In this document: positions 51,050 through 63,319 of the stretch, in pieces
Position numbering within the stretch: the stretch's first letter is position 1
How the letters are laid out: every line of letters starts with the position of its first letter
Origin: Octopus sinensis
Lineage: Eukaryota
Length of the DNA: 64,000 nt
Assembly (NCBI RefSeq): GCF_006345805.1
Contig: NW_021832380.1
Span: 1-64,000, forward strand
Reading direction: 5' to 3'
The notes under the pieces: generated by a model
Databases searched by the model: none
What the model was told of the DNA's origin: nothing
What the model saw: the letters and a program-made list of their open reading frames with translations, nothing else
Program-made: the position numbers and the translations under genes

Positions 51050-51960
51050 CCTTAATTTTCCATTTCTGCTTCAAAGTAATTGTTTAGTTGCGTGTCTTTG
51101 CGACATGCTACCTCCGCAAGTTGATTGGCAGCAGAGGCGTACTCTTCATTGTCTACTTTCACTCCGTGTCTGTTCAATAAGCATACTCTCCAGCGTCCTC
51201 TTCAGCACAACCGACTGGTTATGTTCCTACTTTAATGGATAACTTATCCTTATGAATTTTAAAGAATTTTGACGCAACTCCATCCCATTTCGAGACAATT
51301 GGAATAATATTTACTTTCGCTTTAAAGAGGATCGATAGTTTGTCTGCAAAGAGGTCGTATTTGTGAAATTTATCCACTTGAACTTTCTTTAAACGATTTT
51401 TGAGGTAATGTCCACTTTGATTACTAAATTTATTTCTTTTTTCGTAATCAAAAATGTCATGTTTATTGAACCGGACTTTCGTTTCAGTCATAATTAACGT
51501 GTCAACTCTGATTTCTACATTTTGGGTCGATATTATCGACAGAACCAAATGTCCTTTCAATTTCCTGTTTTGTTTAATTCCATACTTCGACATAAGTGAA
51601 GATGGATACACTTAACAACTTCATTATGTCTTCGAGAAATCACTGTTTAGAATCCTACCGCATCGCGTGGCTATATGGTCAACAGTCTGCTTGCTTTTTA
51701 CCATGATCCTTTTTATGCAAAGAACAAATTCCTATCTTGCAAAAGACAGTACAATGCTTTGCCCCGTGGACCATTGTTCCATTTTTAGATTCATTGCAAA
51801 TAAGTAGATACGTCGATATTTGACTCCTCACATTTACATTATTGAGTGTATTGATTTACAGCTGATTTTTTGTATTAATTAATTAAACTTATCCTTCTGG
51901 TCGCTACACTCTCTATTCGCAAAGTGATTCAGGTAGGCAAGCCAGCCTCTTTCCCTTCGA
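51050..51960 (-). mobile_element. Microsporidian-style RLE retroelement, diverged
   Basis: EIRVDT, KYDLFADKL, IIPIVSKWDG motifs. Confidence 0.75.
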
Positions 51961-52218
51961 GGTACTGACAGGCAGGGGCGATGTTAAAGACATACTAATT
52001 TGGTGATAAATATCGTTTATTATTTTGTCCAGTTCAAGCGTTCTTTCGCACAATTCAACTCTGTTTTTATAAGAAACAATCATGCTCTAAGGGTCTTCTT
52101 TATAGTGAGCGATTAAATGTATGCGTACGTTCTCTCACTGATGTTAAGCGAATGTACATATAACAACCAGCCCATCCCATGTTAATACAATGGGTACTAT
52201 CTTCAGTTTCGCATAATA

Positions 52219-53739
52219 CAGTACCGCTCAAATGTTTCGGACCACCCTATTTTTCTCAATTTCCAAGTCAATCCTAAATTATTTTTATACGGTTCTTTAG
52301 AGAAACTTATTAGATAAGCTTAAATACATTTATTCTATTCTAAAATTTTCTTTAAATATTTTTGTTTGGCGCCAATTGAATATAATTGATTTTTGACTCG
52401 ATCATATGTTCCGGACCAGTTGCAATCATATGTTTCGAACCAGTTAAATCTCTTTAAATTTAAATAATTTTTGATTCAATTAAAAACAAAAGACTAATAA
52501 ATAACAAATGCCGCGTGTTTCACTGGTTGATCGGGTCGCTATCATCACTTTTTTTAAAGATGGAGCTTCACAAAGAGAAATTGCCGAAAAATTAAAAATA
52601 TCCAAAACTGCTGTTCAAAGAACAATTTCCAGATATTCATCCGTTGTACTATATTCCGACAGACCCAAATCTGGTCGACCGAGATTGTTATCCCCAAGAT
52701 CTGAACGCAAATTAGTGAGAATTTCGAAAGCAGACCCCACAAAAACGGCAAATCAAATTAAATTTGATATGAAATTAAATTCTATTGTAAGCACAAATAC
52801 AATTAAAAGATGCCTACAAAGAAATAATTTGAATGGGCGAAAGCAATGCCCAAAACCAAGTCTTTCCATATGCCATAAAAAGGCTAGAAAAAATTGGTGC
52901 ATTGAGAAATTAACTTGGAGCCAAAATGATTGGGGTAAAATTATTTTTAGTGATGAATGCAAAATAAATTTGCATTCAAACACAAAAAATTATGTTAGAA
53001 GGCCACCAAACTCTAGATTTGACTCAAAATATTGTTTAAAAACACGAAAATTTTCTCCTAGCATTATGGTCTGGGGAGCTATTGCTGCAAATGGATGGAG
53101 AAACATTGTCTTATGCATTAAAAATGTTGATTCCGCAGAGTATCAGAGAATTATAAATGTTGGACTCGAAAATTTTTATGATGAGACCATGTATCTCCAG
53201 CAAGACGGCGCTCCTTCCCATCGGTCCATGTCGACAATGAATTTTTTTCAAAGGAAACAAATAAAAATCTTAGAAACTTGGCCGAGCCAGTCACCCGAAC
53301 TGAATATTATTGAAAATATGTGGTCGGTACTAAAACAAAAACTTTATGATCTGGAACCAAAAGATCTTCCAGAGCTCTGGAATTTGACCAAAAAAATTTG
53401 GTACGAGATTGATAATTCGTACATTGAAAAATTATACAATTCACTTCCAGAGCGAATAAATGCTGTTATAACGAACAACGGAGGAAATATTAATTATTAA
53501 CTTTTTATAAGTTTAATAAATTTTCGGTTTTTTTTAAACTGGTCCGGAACATATGATCGAGTATAAAATCGATAATTTTAAAATTGCGCCAAACATGAAT
53601 ATCTGTCCAAGTTTTTAAAATAGAATAAATGTGTTTAAGCTTATCTAATAAGTTTCTCTAAAGAACCGTATAAAAATAATTTAGGATTGACTTGGAAATT
53701 GAGAAAAATAGGGTGGTCCGAAACATTTGAGCGGTACTG
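52219..53739 (+). mobile_element. Complete Tc1-like transposon, IR/DR type
   Basis: TA TSDs; outer 106 bp of the TIRs identical; inner DR tcgatcatatgttccggaccagtt at both ends. Confidence 0.95.
52508..53500 (+). CDS. Intact Tc1 transposase (330 aa, DD35E)
   Basis: Paired-like HTH, GRPR, FSDE, QDGAPSH, WPSQSPELNIIE; 35 residues between the second D and E. Confidence 0.9.
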   Translation: MPRVSLVDRVAIITFFKDGASQREIAEKLKISKTAVQRTISRYSSVVLYSDRPKSGRPRLLSPRSERKLVRISKADPTKTANQIKFDMKLNSIVSTNTIKRCLQRNNLNGRKQCPKPSLSICHKKARKNWCIEKLTWSQNDWGKIIFSDECKINLHSNTKNYVRRPPNSRFDSKYCLKTRKFSPSIMVWGAIAANGWRNIVLCIKNVDSAEYQRIINVGLENFYDETMYLQQDGAPSHRSMSTMNFFQRKQIKILETWPSQSPELNIIENMWSVLKQKLYDLEPKDLPELWNLTKKIWYEIDNSYIEKLYNSLPERINAVITNNGGNINY

Positions 53740-53859
53740 TAGATTAATTGTAACGAACTGCTGTTTGGGTGTAATAGTTGTATTGGCAAGTGATTTTAGA
53801 TCCTGCCAATTATTTCTGATAAATTACCGTTTAGATTTAAGCTGCAATTTTCTTTAAAA

Positions 53860-54030
53860 ATGAGTTTTGCAATGACAATAAACAAGTCTCAGGGACAGTC
53901 ATTAAAGGTTTCTAAGAGAGCAAATGGTCTTCAGCTGTATGTGGGATGCTCAAGGGTAGGCAGAAGAGAAAATTTATTCATATATTGCCGTGGAAGGACG
54001 AACGACAAACATTTTTTATCAGCAGGCGTT
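53860..54030 (+). mobile_element. Helitron helicase C-terminal fragment
   Basis: [28 protein letters not shown]; similar to 29.5 kb. Confidence 0.8.
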
Positions 54031-54084
54031 AGAATAAGTTTACATCAAACCGGGTCGTTTTATATATTTATATAAACTTGAATT

Positions 54085-55600
54085 TTGCTTGGCGCCGATT
54101 CTGTATTCGGATTCAAAGAGGTTTCTTTGTCAAATGATATACAGTGCGACCTCGAATTGGGGAAATTTTTCCCCAATTTTGAGGTTTTCCCCCAAAAAAA
54201 GATTTTTCATTAAATTTAGGTCTCGCCTGTTTGATACTTCTCTTAATAATATAACCGAGACGGATAACTACAATTTTTATTTTTTAATAAAAAATCAGTT
54301 AATTTTAATCGAGTGTTTTGTTTTTTTCGCATCGAACTCATAATATTTGCTTTGAATCTGAATAGATCAAGTACATTTTCCGGAGTCTCTTGCTTAATAA
54401 CATTTAGCAGCATTGTGAATGCGCATTCCGCATTGTTTATAACTTGTTGATCATCCAAATGTTCCATAAATTGTTCGCTGCAGTCCTCTTCATCACTACT
54501 GTTATCATCTCAGAAACTCTTCAAAATCGCATTTTCCACAATATCGGAATTAATCAGACTTTCTTCGATGTCCTGTTTTTCCCGACAGTCATATTCCAAA
54601 GCTTTTTCAAAGCAATGTTGTATTGAAGTGTCTGTAATCTCGTCCCATGCCAATTTCGAACATGAAATAGCATCCAATATTGTGATTCCCTTTATTGCTT
54701 CATCTATTTTCCCTGCAGGATTTTTATCATAGATAATTGTTTTCATAATCCAGTTATTGTAATGATTCTTAAATGCCTTTATTATCCCTTGGTCACATGG
54801 CTGAATTAAGGAACTTGTATTTTTTGGAAAAAATATTACGTCGACGTTTGAAAGTTTGAGAGAAACAGCATGACAAGTTGCATTATCAATTAACAATGCT
54901 ATTTTCCTTCTTTTCTCTCTCATTTCCTCGTTGAGAAACCTTGAGCTAAGATTCCTTCCCTTTTCTTTTTTAGTCGGTATAGCATTCCTTTAGAGATGTT
55001 AAATCCTTCACAAATCATTTTGTCCTTATGACCCGACTGTATATCCTTGTAAATTCTGATCTTTTCACTTTGATTTAGTTTTCTAGGCATTGGCTTTCTA
55101 AAATTTATAAAATAACTTTAAAAATTGATAATTTCAATTTTTTACCAGGTTAATTAGCTAACTAACTAAGTTACCAGGTTAAATAAATTTTAAAATTATT
55201 GATTACAAATTTGGAAAAACAGGTTACAATAAATAAATAATAATAAATCAAAAATTATACAAATATATTAATGAATCGTTTATGATAATATAAAATTTTT
55301 CCCCGGTAGGGGGTTTATTTCATTAAAAATCATCGTATTTTATAGGGATGGCAAAAATATTCCCCCAAAAGCAAGGTTTTCCCCAAAAAAGAGGGTTTCC
55401 CCGCTACTTGGTTTTCCCCAATTCGAGGTCGCACTGTAGTTTATCAAAGAATTCATGATATGTCTGGTGATATCTTGTCTCAGATTGTTGATCGTATTAA
55501 CTGCAGTTCTTCTCCGATAAGCATCCAGTTTGATGAATCGACCGATATAACTTTGATTTGTCACTTGGTTTTTTTGTACGTTTTGTCAAGGCAAACAAGA
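54085..55600 (+). mobile_element. hAT (Buster/Charlie-like) transposase fragment split by Tigger
   Basis: Removing 54142-55436 and one TA gives VSLSNDIVYQRIHDMS..IQFDESTD. Confidence 0.7.
54142..55436 (-). mobile_element. Tigger/pogo element, internally deleted
   Basis: TIR CAGTGCGACCTCGAATTGGGGAAA, TA TSDs, LLIDNATCH and IQPCDQGII motifs. Confidence 0.9.
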
Positions 55601-55649
55601 TCTTTGGTCGTGAGGTCGAGATATTGGAGGGTGTTCACATTTCCGTGTG

Positions 55650-57740
55650 TGTTTATTTATTTATTAAATCACCAACACCACGCTAAAAACCGAACAAACA
55701 TCACGTGATCCCGATGCACTCAACCAGGGACCTCATTCTCGCTCGGTGATCTTTCCACGAGCCCACACAAGATCGCACAGGGCGGCAGGCCGTTTTTGGC
55801 GGAGCAATCGCTGACGGGCCCAGGTTCAGCTTGATGAGGTCTTCCAGAGAGGCTGGACCGGGGCGTTGGCTATCATGTGACCAACGATCGGTTAATCTGA
55901 GGGCCCTTTGTTGGACCACGATAGCCGGGGACCCCATGATCCGCAGGCGTAGGCAATACAAGGTTCGAAGTACTGGCGGTAGATATTCGCCAGTACCGGG
56001 TGCGACCCATTTTGCCATATTCCAGATAGTGTTCATAGGATGTTCGATTTTTGTTCGCATTTGCGAAGGAGGTTGTCCACATGAGGGGAGAAACAGAGGT
56101 GCATGTCGAGGGTTACCCCTAGGACCGTCTGACTCTTGCAGAAGGGAACGGACATATTATTCAGGTTTAAGTCGACTGACGTTTTTCCCAATCTTTTATC
56201 CGAGGTGAAGAGAGACGTGGCGGACTTCGCCGCGTTTACCACGAGCCGGTTGTCCGTCAGCCATAGGTTCAGCCGATCCAAGTTAGCTTGGAGCCTTTCA
56301 GAGGCCTTCTGGATGTCCCGGTCCCGTGAGGCTAGTACGATGTCGTCCGCGTATGAGAGAACAATGTCATTGTTGTCGAGGGAGTGAGGGAGGTCTTCCA
56401 AAAATAGGTTGAAGAGAGCCGGGGATAAGGGGGGTCCCTGAGGTACTCCGTTGGGTAGAAGACGAGATTTGGACTTCAGACCACCGAGGCACACCCTTCC
56501 TTTTCGTCCACTTAGGAAGTTGGTAATCCATATTTTTAGCTTCAGAGTAAAGTCGGATTGGAATATCTTCTTTGAGAGGAGCTTCCTCGAGACGGAATCA
56601 AATGCTTTATGGATGTCGACAGAGCAGAGCACTGTCTTTTGGTGCCTCGGTTTGCTGGCAAAACCGGTACAGATGAAGTTAGACAAGGATTGGAGGTACA
56701 AAGACGTGGACTTTGCCTTCTTAAAACCATGTTGAAAATGTCTTTCGGGTAAGAAAGCTTCTATTCTGCCAAGAACCAGTCTTTCCAGGATTTTTGACAT
56801 CGAGCATAACAGGGAAATCGGCCTGAAAGATGCCGGGTCCTCTCTTGGTCTTCCAGGCTTCAGTATCGACCTTATGAAGGCCTGTTTCCATAAAGCCGGA
56901 ATTACGTTGTTGTTGATAGAATGGTTGAAAATTGCTGTTAGGAATCTGACACTTTCGACGCCAAAGTTTTTTAATAGGATCACCGGGATTTTGTCCGGGC
57001 CGTGAAAGTAAGAAGGTTTTGTTGAGTGCAAGGTATCTTCCACCTCCTTTACCGAGAGGAGGAGCGGTTCAGCCCGTTTTTTAGGCTTCTGTTGGAGGGG
57101 AGAGAGTCAGATTTCCTGTGATCTTTATGTGCATTTTTCGCATAGAAATTCATGAGGTTGTTCACGTCTTTTTTATCAAAATCTTCGAAAGGTTCGGGAG
57201 CGTCCCCCCTGGCCACGTGCCAAATGGCTTTCCACACTTCACCCGTTGAACGATTGCGGTTCACGGTAGAAAGAATGCGATTCCATTTCAAATAGGAGTG
57301 TCTGAGTTCATTGGACTTCAATTCCTTGTTTAAGTGTCGGATGCGGGTAATTATGTCAGAAGACATCCGGTTTGACCTTTTGAGGCGATTTCTCTCCTTG
57401 GCCAGAACGGATATCCTTCGACTGCAAGCAGCGTGAGGTGGACGTTTAGGAATAGCCATTTCTCTTGCTTCCAGAATGATCTTCGAGAAGAAGCCAATGG
57501 CCTTGTCGAGAGAGCTAAAGTTGCACAGATTGCAATTTTGTAGTCTCGTGTTCAATATCTCTTGGAACCGTGGCCAGTTGGCCGCTTTGTAATTGTATGG
57601 AATTGGAACTTTCCTGGTGACAACTTCTCTTTTGATCTTCACCGTTATCGGGTTGTGATGGCTTCTCGTTTCAATAGAAGACTGACCACTCCGTAGATCT
57701 ACGGAGTAGCACTCTCTGCGATGCACTCTCTGCGATGACA
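55650..57740 (-). mobile_element. APE-RT type LINE (I/Ingi-like), 5'-truncated
   Basis: SFRPISLL, DIHKAFDSV, GVPQGPPLSP, YADDI; C-terminus ...CIGIT*; (TAAA)n tail. Confidence 0.9.
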
Positions 57741-57899
57741 CAAGATTTGACTTTGCGCCAGATGGAAAAAAATTATCTCATTAACTTTGTTTTAAAAAAT
57801 GTTTTTGATAAAATAATAATTGATTATGGAATTAAAGGGAGGCGCAAGATTGTACTTTTTCCTAAGGGAGGCGCGTAAAAAAAAGCTTGGAAACCTCTG

Positions 57900-59140
57900 C
57901 CGTAGATGATGCCAGAGAAGGAGAGCATAAAGTTACATCGGGTGTTGGCACCCCCAAATGTGTAAATTCGGTTGTTTTGGAGTTGGAATGTGAACAGGGC
58001 GAATTCGTATGTTGGAATTATTCCATCGAGTTTTCTACCAGACATTTAATCAATTTATACAATGGCGAACGCCCGAAGTTAGAGATTTCACATTTAGAAA
58101 ATTTAAACTAAAGCCAACTTTCTCCAGAGCCGGAATAATTTTCATTATGTCCTGCAGTGGGGTTGGTTGACGTGGTGTTCGTGAACTAATGAAAATGTGT
58201 ATCATTTGCAATACTTCGAACATTTGTAAACGTTGAATCTACTGCGCAACTTGTTCAAATCCCTCCCACATGTCCTGTGCCAAAATGACCAAGAACGCTA
58301 TTTCCACCTGGAACTGTTCTTCATGTTTGGGCAAAGTCCGAGGCAATCCTGTATGTCTTCCAAACCCTTCCGACCGGGCGCCGTCCGACCCTGTTTCCAC
58401 GTTGAAGCTCATTTCGGAGACACGCAAATCCCGCATCATCCCTGTGAAGATCCCCAAGGCACCATGAGCTGCTGCGGCCGATGCTCTATCATCTTGCATT
58501 GACACTGCGATTTTGTCTAAAGACGAACAGGAAAATTCAGAAACCCCACTGCAGGACATAATAAAAATTATTCCGGCTCTGGAGAAAGTTGGCCTTAGTT
58601 TAAATTTCTCTAAATATGAAATCTCTAACTTTGGGTGTTCGCAATCTACCTTCGAAAACGCTGTTTGGTTATTCCGAGATCTTATTCCGGGAGTGCAATC
58701 TACTCCCATTAACAAACTTTCTGGTGGCTGGCAATTCTATTAATGTGGCTCTACGCAAAAAGGAATTCTTTCTCGAGGCAGTTTTCGAATGTTCCGACTT
58801 ATCGTTCCCTGCTTTTCTCTCGTCCCTCTCCTCGAGCCACACACTTGTCATGGAAACTCTAAGCTCCTTTTCTGAATTTTCCTTGGACACAAATGTGGCT
58901 CATTTCGGCGAAGTCTGGAGGGAACAAGGTCTTGACTTTCCGGAAGATCGAATGTCTCAAAGAGCCTGAGATCGAATAGGATGCAAGCAAACTTTCAATC
59001 TGCTGCTCGAGTCGTCCAACCAACACCGCCGCCCTTGCCTTTTTTCGGCAGCATCCCCGGCCAGTGGACCTTGGCTTTGCGCATTCCCGAACGCCCCATC
59101 TGGCACTCTCCTCGACGATGAATCAACCTGCTGGGATACA
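57900..59140 (+). mobile_element. Rearranged CRE-like fragments with PHD
   Basis: CIICNT..CATC..SHMSC..WNCSSC; VGLSLNFSK; LSFPAFLSS; ~105-bp inverted duplication. Confidence 0.75.
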
Positions 59141-59689
59141 TTATCTGATTCACCTAACTTCGTATGCTCTGGAGGCCAAATCTTTGATTTTTTGTTGATA
59201 AATAAAATGATTTAAATAAAACAACCCTGATTACGAGTGATTTGAGAGGGTGTCACTCTATAATGAAATTGAAGCATACTTTTGTCAGAATAACATTTTC
59301 CTTGCAAACATGTGCCACTGACGGCTTGCCAAGTAAAGAGGATGTTTGGCATATTTAAATAAAATCTCATTCACTTTAGAATAGTCTTTTTCATATTTAA
59401 GTGAAGAAAATGATGAAGATTTGACAACATTAGTTCTACACACAGCCGTAAGATGACTTTTAAGGGAAATTGTCTGAATCGTTTTGTTTCTCTTTGGGAC
59501 TTAATAGTTTTGTTTATGGACGATAAAAGTTTCACTGAAAGCTTATTAGTGCAAAAGCCGATATGTTTGACTAATTTATCTGATTATATTGAAAGTTTAA
59601 AATACTGGTAGTGGAATATAAATTGTTTGAATTGTACTAATATTGTTTGATAGACATAGATAAGTTTAAGAAATATCGATGTATTGCGG

Positions 59690-61570
59690 TTAGATTGATT
59701 CGCATGTGGGGAAGCTGATCCATTGTTTGCATTTTCGGAGGAACACTTTTAAGATGTTCAGTTTCTTCATGCAGCTAGTTGTAACATTTTCAACTTGTTG
59801 GGAGAAACACATATGACTATCGTAGGTCACGCCGAGGATTTTCTGGGATTTTTTAAAGGGGATTTCCATGTTGTTTAGATATAAGTTCACCACCATTTTC
59901 CCAAGCTTCATTACTGAAGTCAGAAGCGTAGTGACTGATTTTTCAGGACTCATTGATAGTCGATTTATCGAAAGCCAACGTTCGAAACTGTGGAGGTAGT
60001 TCTGCAGTTTTGAACTTGCCGTGTTAACCTCACGACTCTGAGTAGCAATCACAATATCCTCAGCGTATGAGGGTACGATTGAGTCTTTGTCGTTTGGCAG
60101 CGGAAGGTCCGATAAGAATAAGTTAAAGAGAGCTGAGGAAAGGGGTGAGCCTTGAGGGACTCCGTTTGGCAAATATCTTGACATCGATCTTGTATTGTTT
60201 TATTGGATCCTGCCTCTTCAGCCGCCGAGGAAGTTAGCTAGCCACTTTTTCAGTCTTAGGTAAATTTCACTAAGGTATATTTTTTTGGGAACGGAGTCAA
60301 AAGCCTTATGGATATCCACTGAGCACATAACCGTTTTTTGGTTATACGTTTGGCAGATAGGCCACCTGAGATGAAGTTCGTCAAAGTGACAAGGTGCTAA
60401 GTGGTTGATTTACCACATTTAAATCCATGTTGAAAATCCAATTCCGAGAGATATTGTTTAGTGTGGTTGAGTATAAGTTTTTCCAGAACTTTGGATAGGA
60501 CACAGAGGAGAGATATTAGCCTGTAGGACGGCAGGTGTCTTTTGGTCTCCCTGGTTTCAGAATATGACGAATGTATGCCATTTTCCACAATGTGGGTATT
60601 GAGTTGTTCTTTATAGAGAAGTTGTAAATTTGACAAAGAGCTGATATTGCCACCTGTCCTAGATTTTTCGCCAGAATAGTAGGAATTCCGTCAGGTCCAC
60701 AAAAGCCAGTGCTTCTTAAATTTCTGATAGTCTGAGACACCTCCTCATGGGTGAGGATTATCATGTCCCGACATCTTCGAGGTTTCAACGACTTCAAGCA
60801 TGGTCCATCATATTTCTGATCTCAGCGTAGAACTTTATCAGTTTGTTGGTGAAGAGAGCCGCATTATCCTCACCCGACTTAAATCTCTCCGGGTTTGTGA
60901 ATCTTCTTAAGAATGCCCATACTTTGAAGGGACCCGTATTTAGTCCTCTGGCGACTTTTCACCCTCCCGGTTTGTCCTTTGTAGACTGTTCTATACTTTA
61001 TTCAGTAGTCTATCGATCTGGTTGTCGTAAGGTAATTTTCCTCATTCAAGAATAATTCGTCCATCAAATTGTTCGGTTGAAATGCTTGAGTGCGTTGTCG
61101 ACCGAGTCGAAATCATGTACATCAAAGTTAATCAGTGATTTGTCAATGTAGTGGGCAAATTTGACCCAATCTGGTTGTAGTCGTATTTCAGGTTGGGGAA
61201 CCTCTTTCTGAAGGGCGATTTGACTTGGACTTTTATAATTAGCGGACTGGTAAGTAATTCCCTTCTTAATAAGACCCCCTCCACGGTCAGAGGGTCTGTC
61301 CAGGCGATCCAGTGGTAGTTAGGGAAACATGGGAACCTCGAAGATGGATTGAGTTTTGTTTCCTGGAGTACACATACGTCAATATCATGCATGATCAAGA
61401 AAGAGTTTAGTTCTGTTGATTTTCCGATAACTCCGTTGATATTTAGTTGAAGAATTGATATGTGTCCCTTTGGACCGGGATTAGGTTCCACATCCCGACA
61501 GATAGCAAGAAGAGCAAAACAGGAAAGTGAGGTCCACAGAGAAGGCCGCGCCGGACTGACGATAATCACG
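59690..61570 (-). mobile_element. APE-RT LINE with N-terminal 2A-like peptide, internally deleted
   Basis: DVEPNPGP then LQLNING..CVLQETKL (APE); later YRLISLL, GVPQGSPLS. Confidence 0.85.
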
Positions 61571-61649
61571 GGAGGATGAGCAAATGATTCTCTTTTTTAT
61601 TAATCCAATAACTGGATTTTTGCGCGATTACAAAAGGCAAATCACAGAC

Positions 61650-61990
61650 TATTTTTTTTTATTAAAGACCAAAGACGGGTAAAGCCAGTTAATTATAATT
61701 ATCCCCGTGATCGCCAATCCGAACGAGATCCTACTGAAAGGTTCGATCCTGCCGGCATGATCGGCCTGAGACGACGATGTCCCAGGGTCTGAGATCTAAA
61801 AGTCCTTTTTCGGTAGGCATTAAATGCCTCCTGAGCGTTGCCATATCCGAATGGAATTTTCCAACTGACATGGTGGACCCCATAACGCCACGCTAAGACA
61901 GGAAGATCCCCATTTCCAACTGTGTCGTGCCAGAAGTACTCGTTGCCTCACGGGCAAGGGAACGATAACGAGAATTGGCCCCAGGATAAA
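61650..61990 (-). mobile_element. SINE A copy lacking the tRNA head
   Basis: Collinear high similarity to 45845-46185. Confidence 0.85.
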
Positions 61991-62479
61991 AAACAAAATA
62001 ATAGGTTTGATTATTAATAATAATAGGTTTGATTTTGAAATAAATTATCAGAAGACGTGATATTTAAAATTATTTTTTTTATTGTTAAAATATAATTGAT
62101 TAATTCAAATAAATTAAATTAAATTAGAATAAATAAAAATATAAAGTTAAATCTCTAAAAGGCAATAAAATATTTTTAATGCAGTCGAATAATCAAGCTC
62201 TTTTGAGCATAGGCACAAAAGTGCTCAACGAAATTCTCGAATCCCGCCATAAAGCAAATTTTAAAGGGTAACCACTATAAAACTATTTTTCAGGGTAAAA
62301 CCAGATATAATTGATTGCACAGCACATGGTAATATAACCAAATATATTAAATCTAGACTTTTTTGACATTACATATACAATAACTAACCCACAAAACAAT
62401 CGTCACCGAATAAAAGTATTTTTATCACTCGATGTAGATCGAAATGACGTTTCCTCTCATGAAGGATCAAAACAAAATA

Positions 62480-63080
62480 ATAAAGCAGCCCCTCGTCGAT
62501 TTTTATGCCAAAAACGTGTCTTTCAACTCAGGTTTGGTCATCCAGTCTCACCACAGAAAGCACTGCCATCCTCGACTATGACTTGATCGAAGACACTTTG
62601 GAGGACATAAGGAAGGCTCAATACCTCAAAAGAACCTGCATTCACGCCCTTGTCGATTTCTACATCCAAGGAGCCCATATGTCAGATTCCAGGGAAAGTC
62701 TGACTTTGTCTTTGGGGAGAACGGACAAATTGTATTGGTGGATACCAGTTTAGATACTTCCAAGTGAATGGAACTATTTTTGGGCAATTTTGCCATTTCC
62801 AGCGACGACGCTGCCTATTTCCTATTTCTGCGACAGTTTGCTCAGGATTTGGGAATATTCGAAAATACAACTCCAAAGCCCCGTCCATCAACTACTACGA
62901 CGAGCCTCCACAGGAGCTGAAGGAATTCAACCTTCGGGGGACTCCAACACTTGTTACATCACAATAAGTATAACTGTCCTTGTGAGTGCTCAGAAGTGGA
63001 AGAACGACACTTTTCAAAGCAGGGTCGAAACGTGATCTCAGATTTGCTGACAATCATGCCAATGCAGTTGTATTACAGTG
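62480..63080 (+). mobile_element. Possible degenerate LINE C-terminal region
   Basis: CSGFGNIRKY and CPCEC..E.EH-like motifs weakly resemble LINE C-terminal zinc knuckles. Confidence 0.3.
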
Positions 63081-63319
63081 TGACCAATTACAATGTATTT
63101 GAATGTGTTGAGTGTAGATGTTCTTCCTATCTCGCCTGCGTGATCAGAGTGTCTTCTTCATTAAGAGACTTAATAGATTTAAGTATGCCAGACTTCCAGA
63201 AAAAAAGACGGTCGGGTTTACGTTTAGATGAATGTAGAGTCAATTTTGTTTATATAAATAGGATTTTTGTTACTTTATTATACATCTAGAGTTATTTCCT
63301 TTCCTACCCTCCTTTTAAG

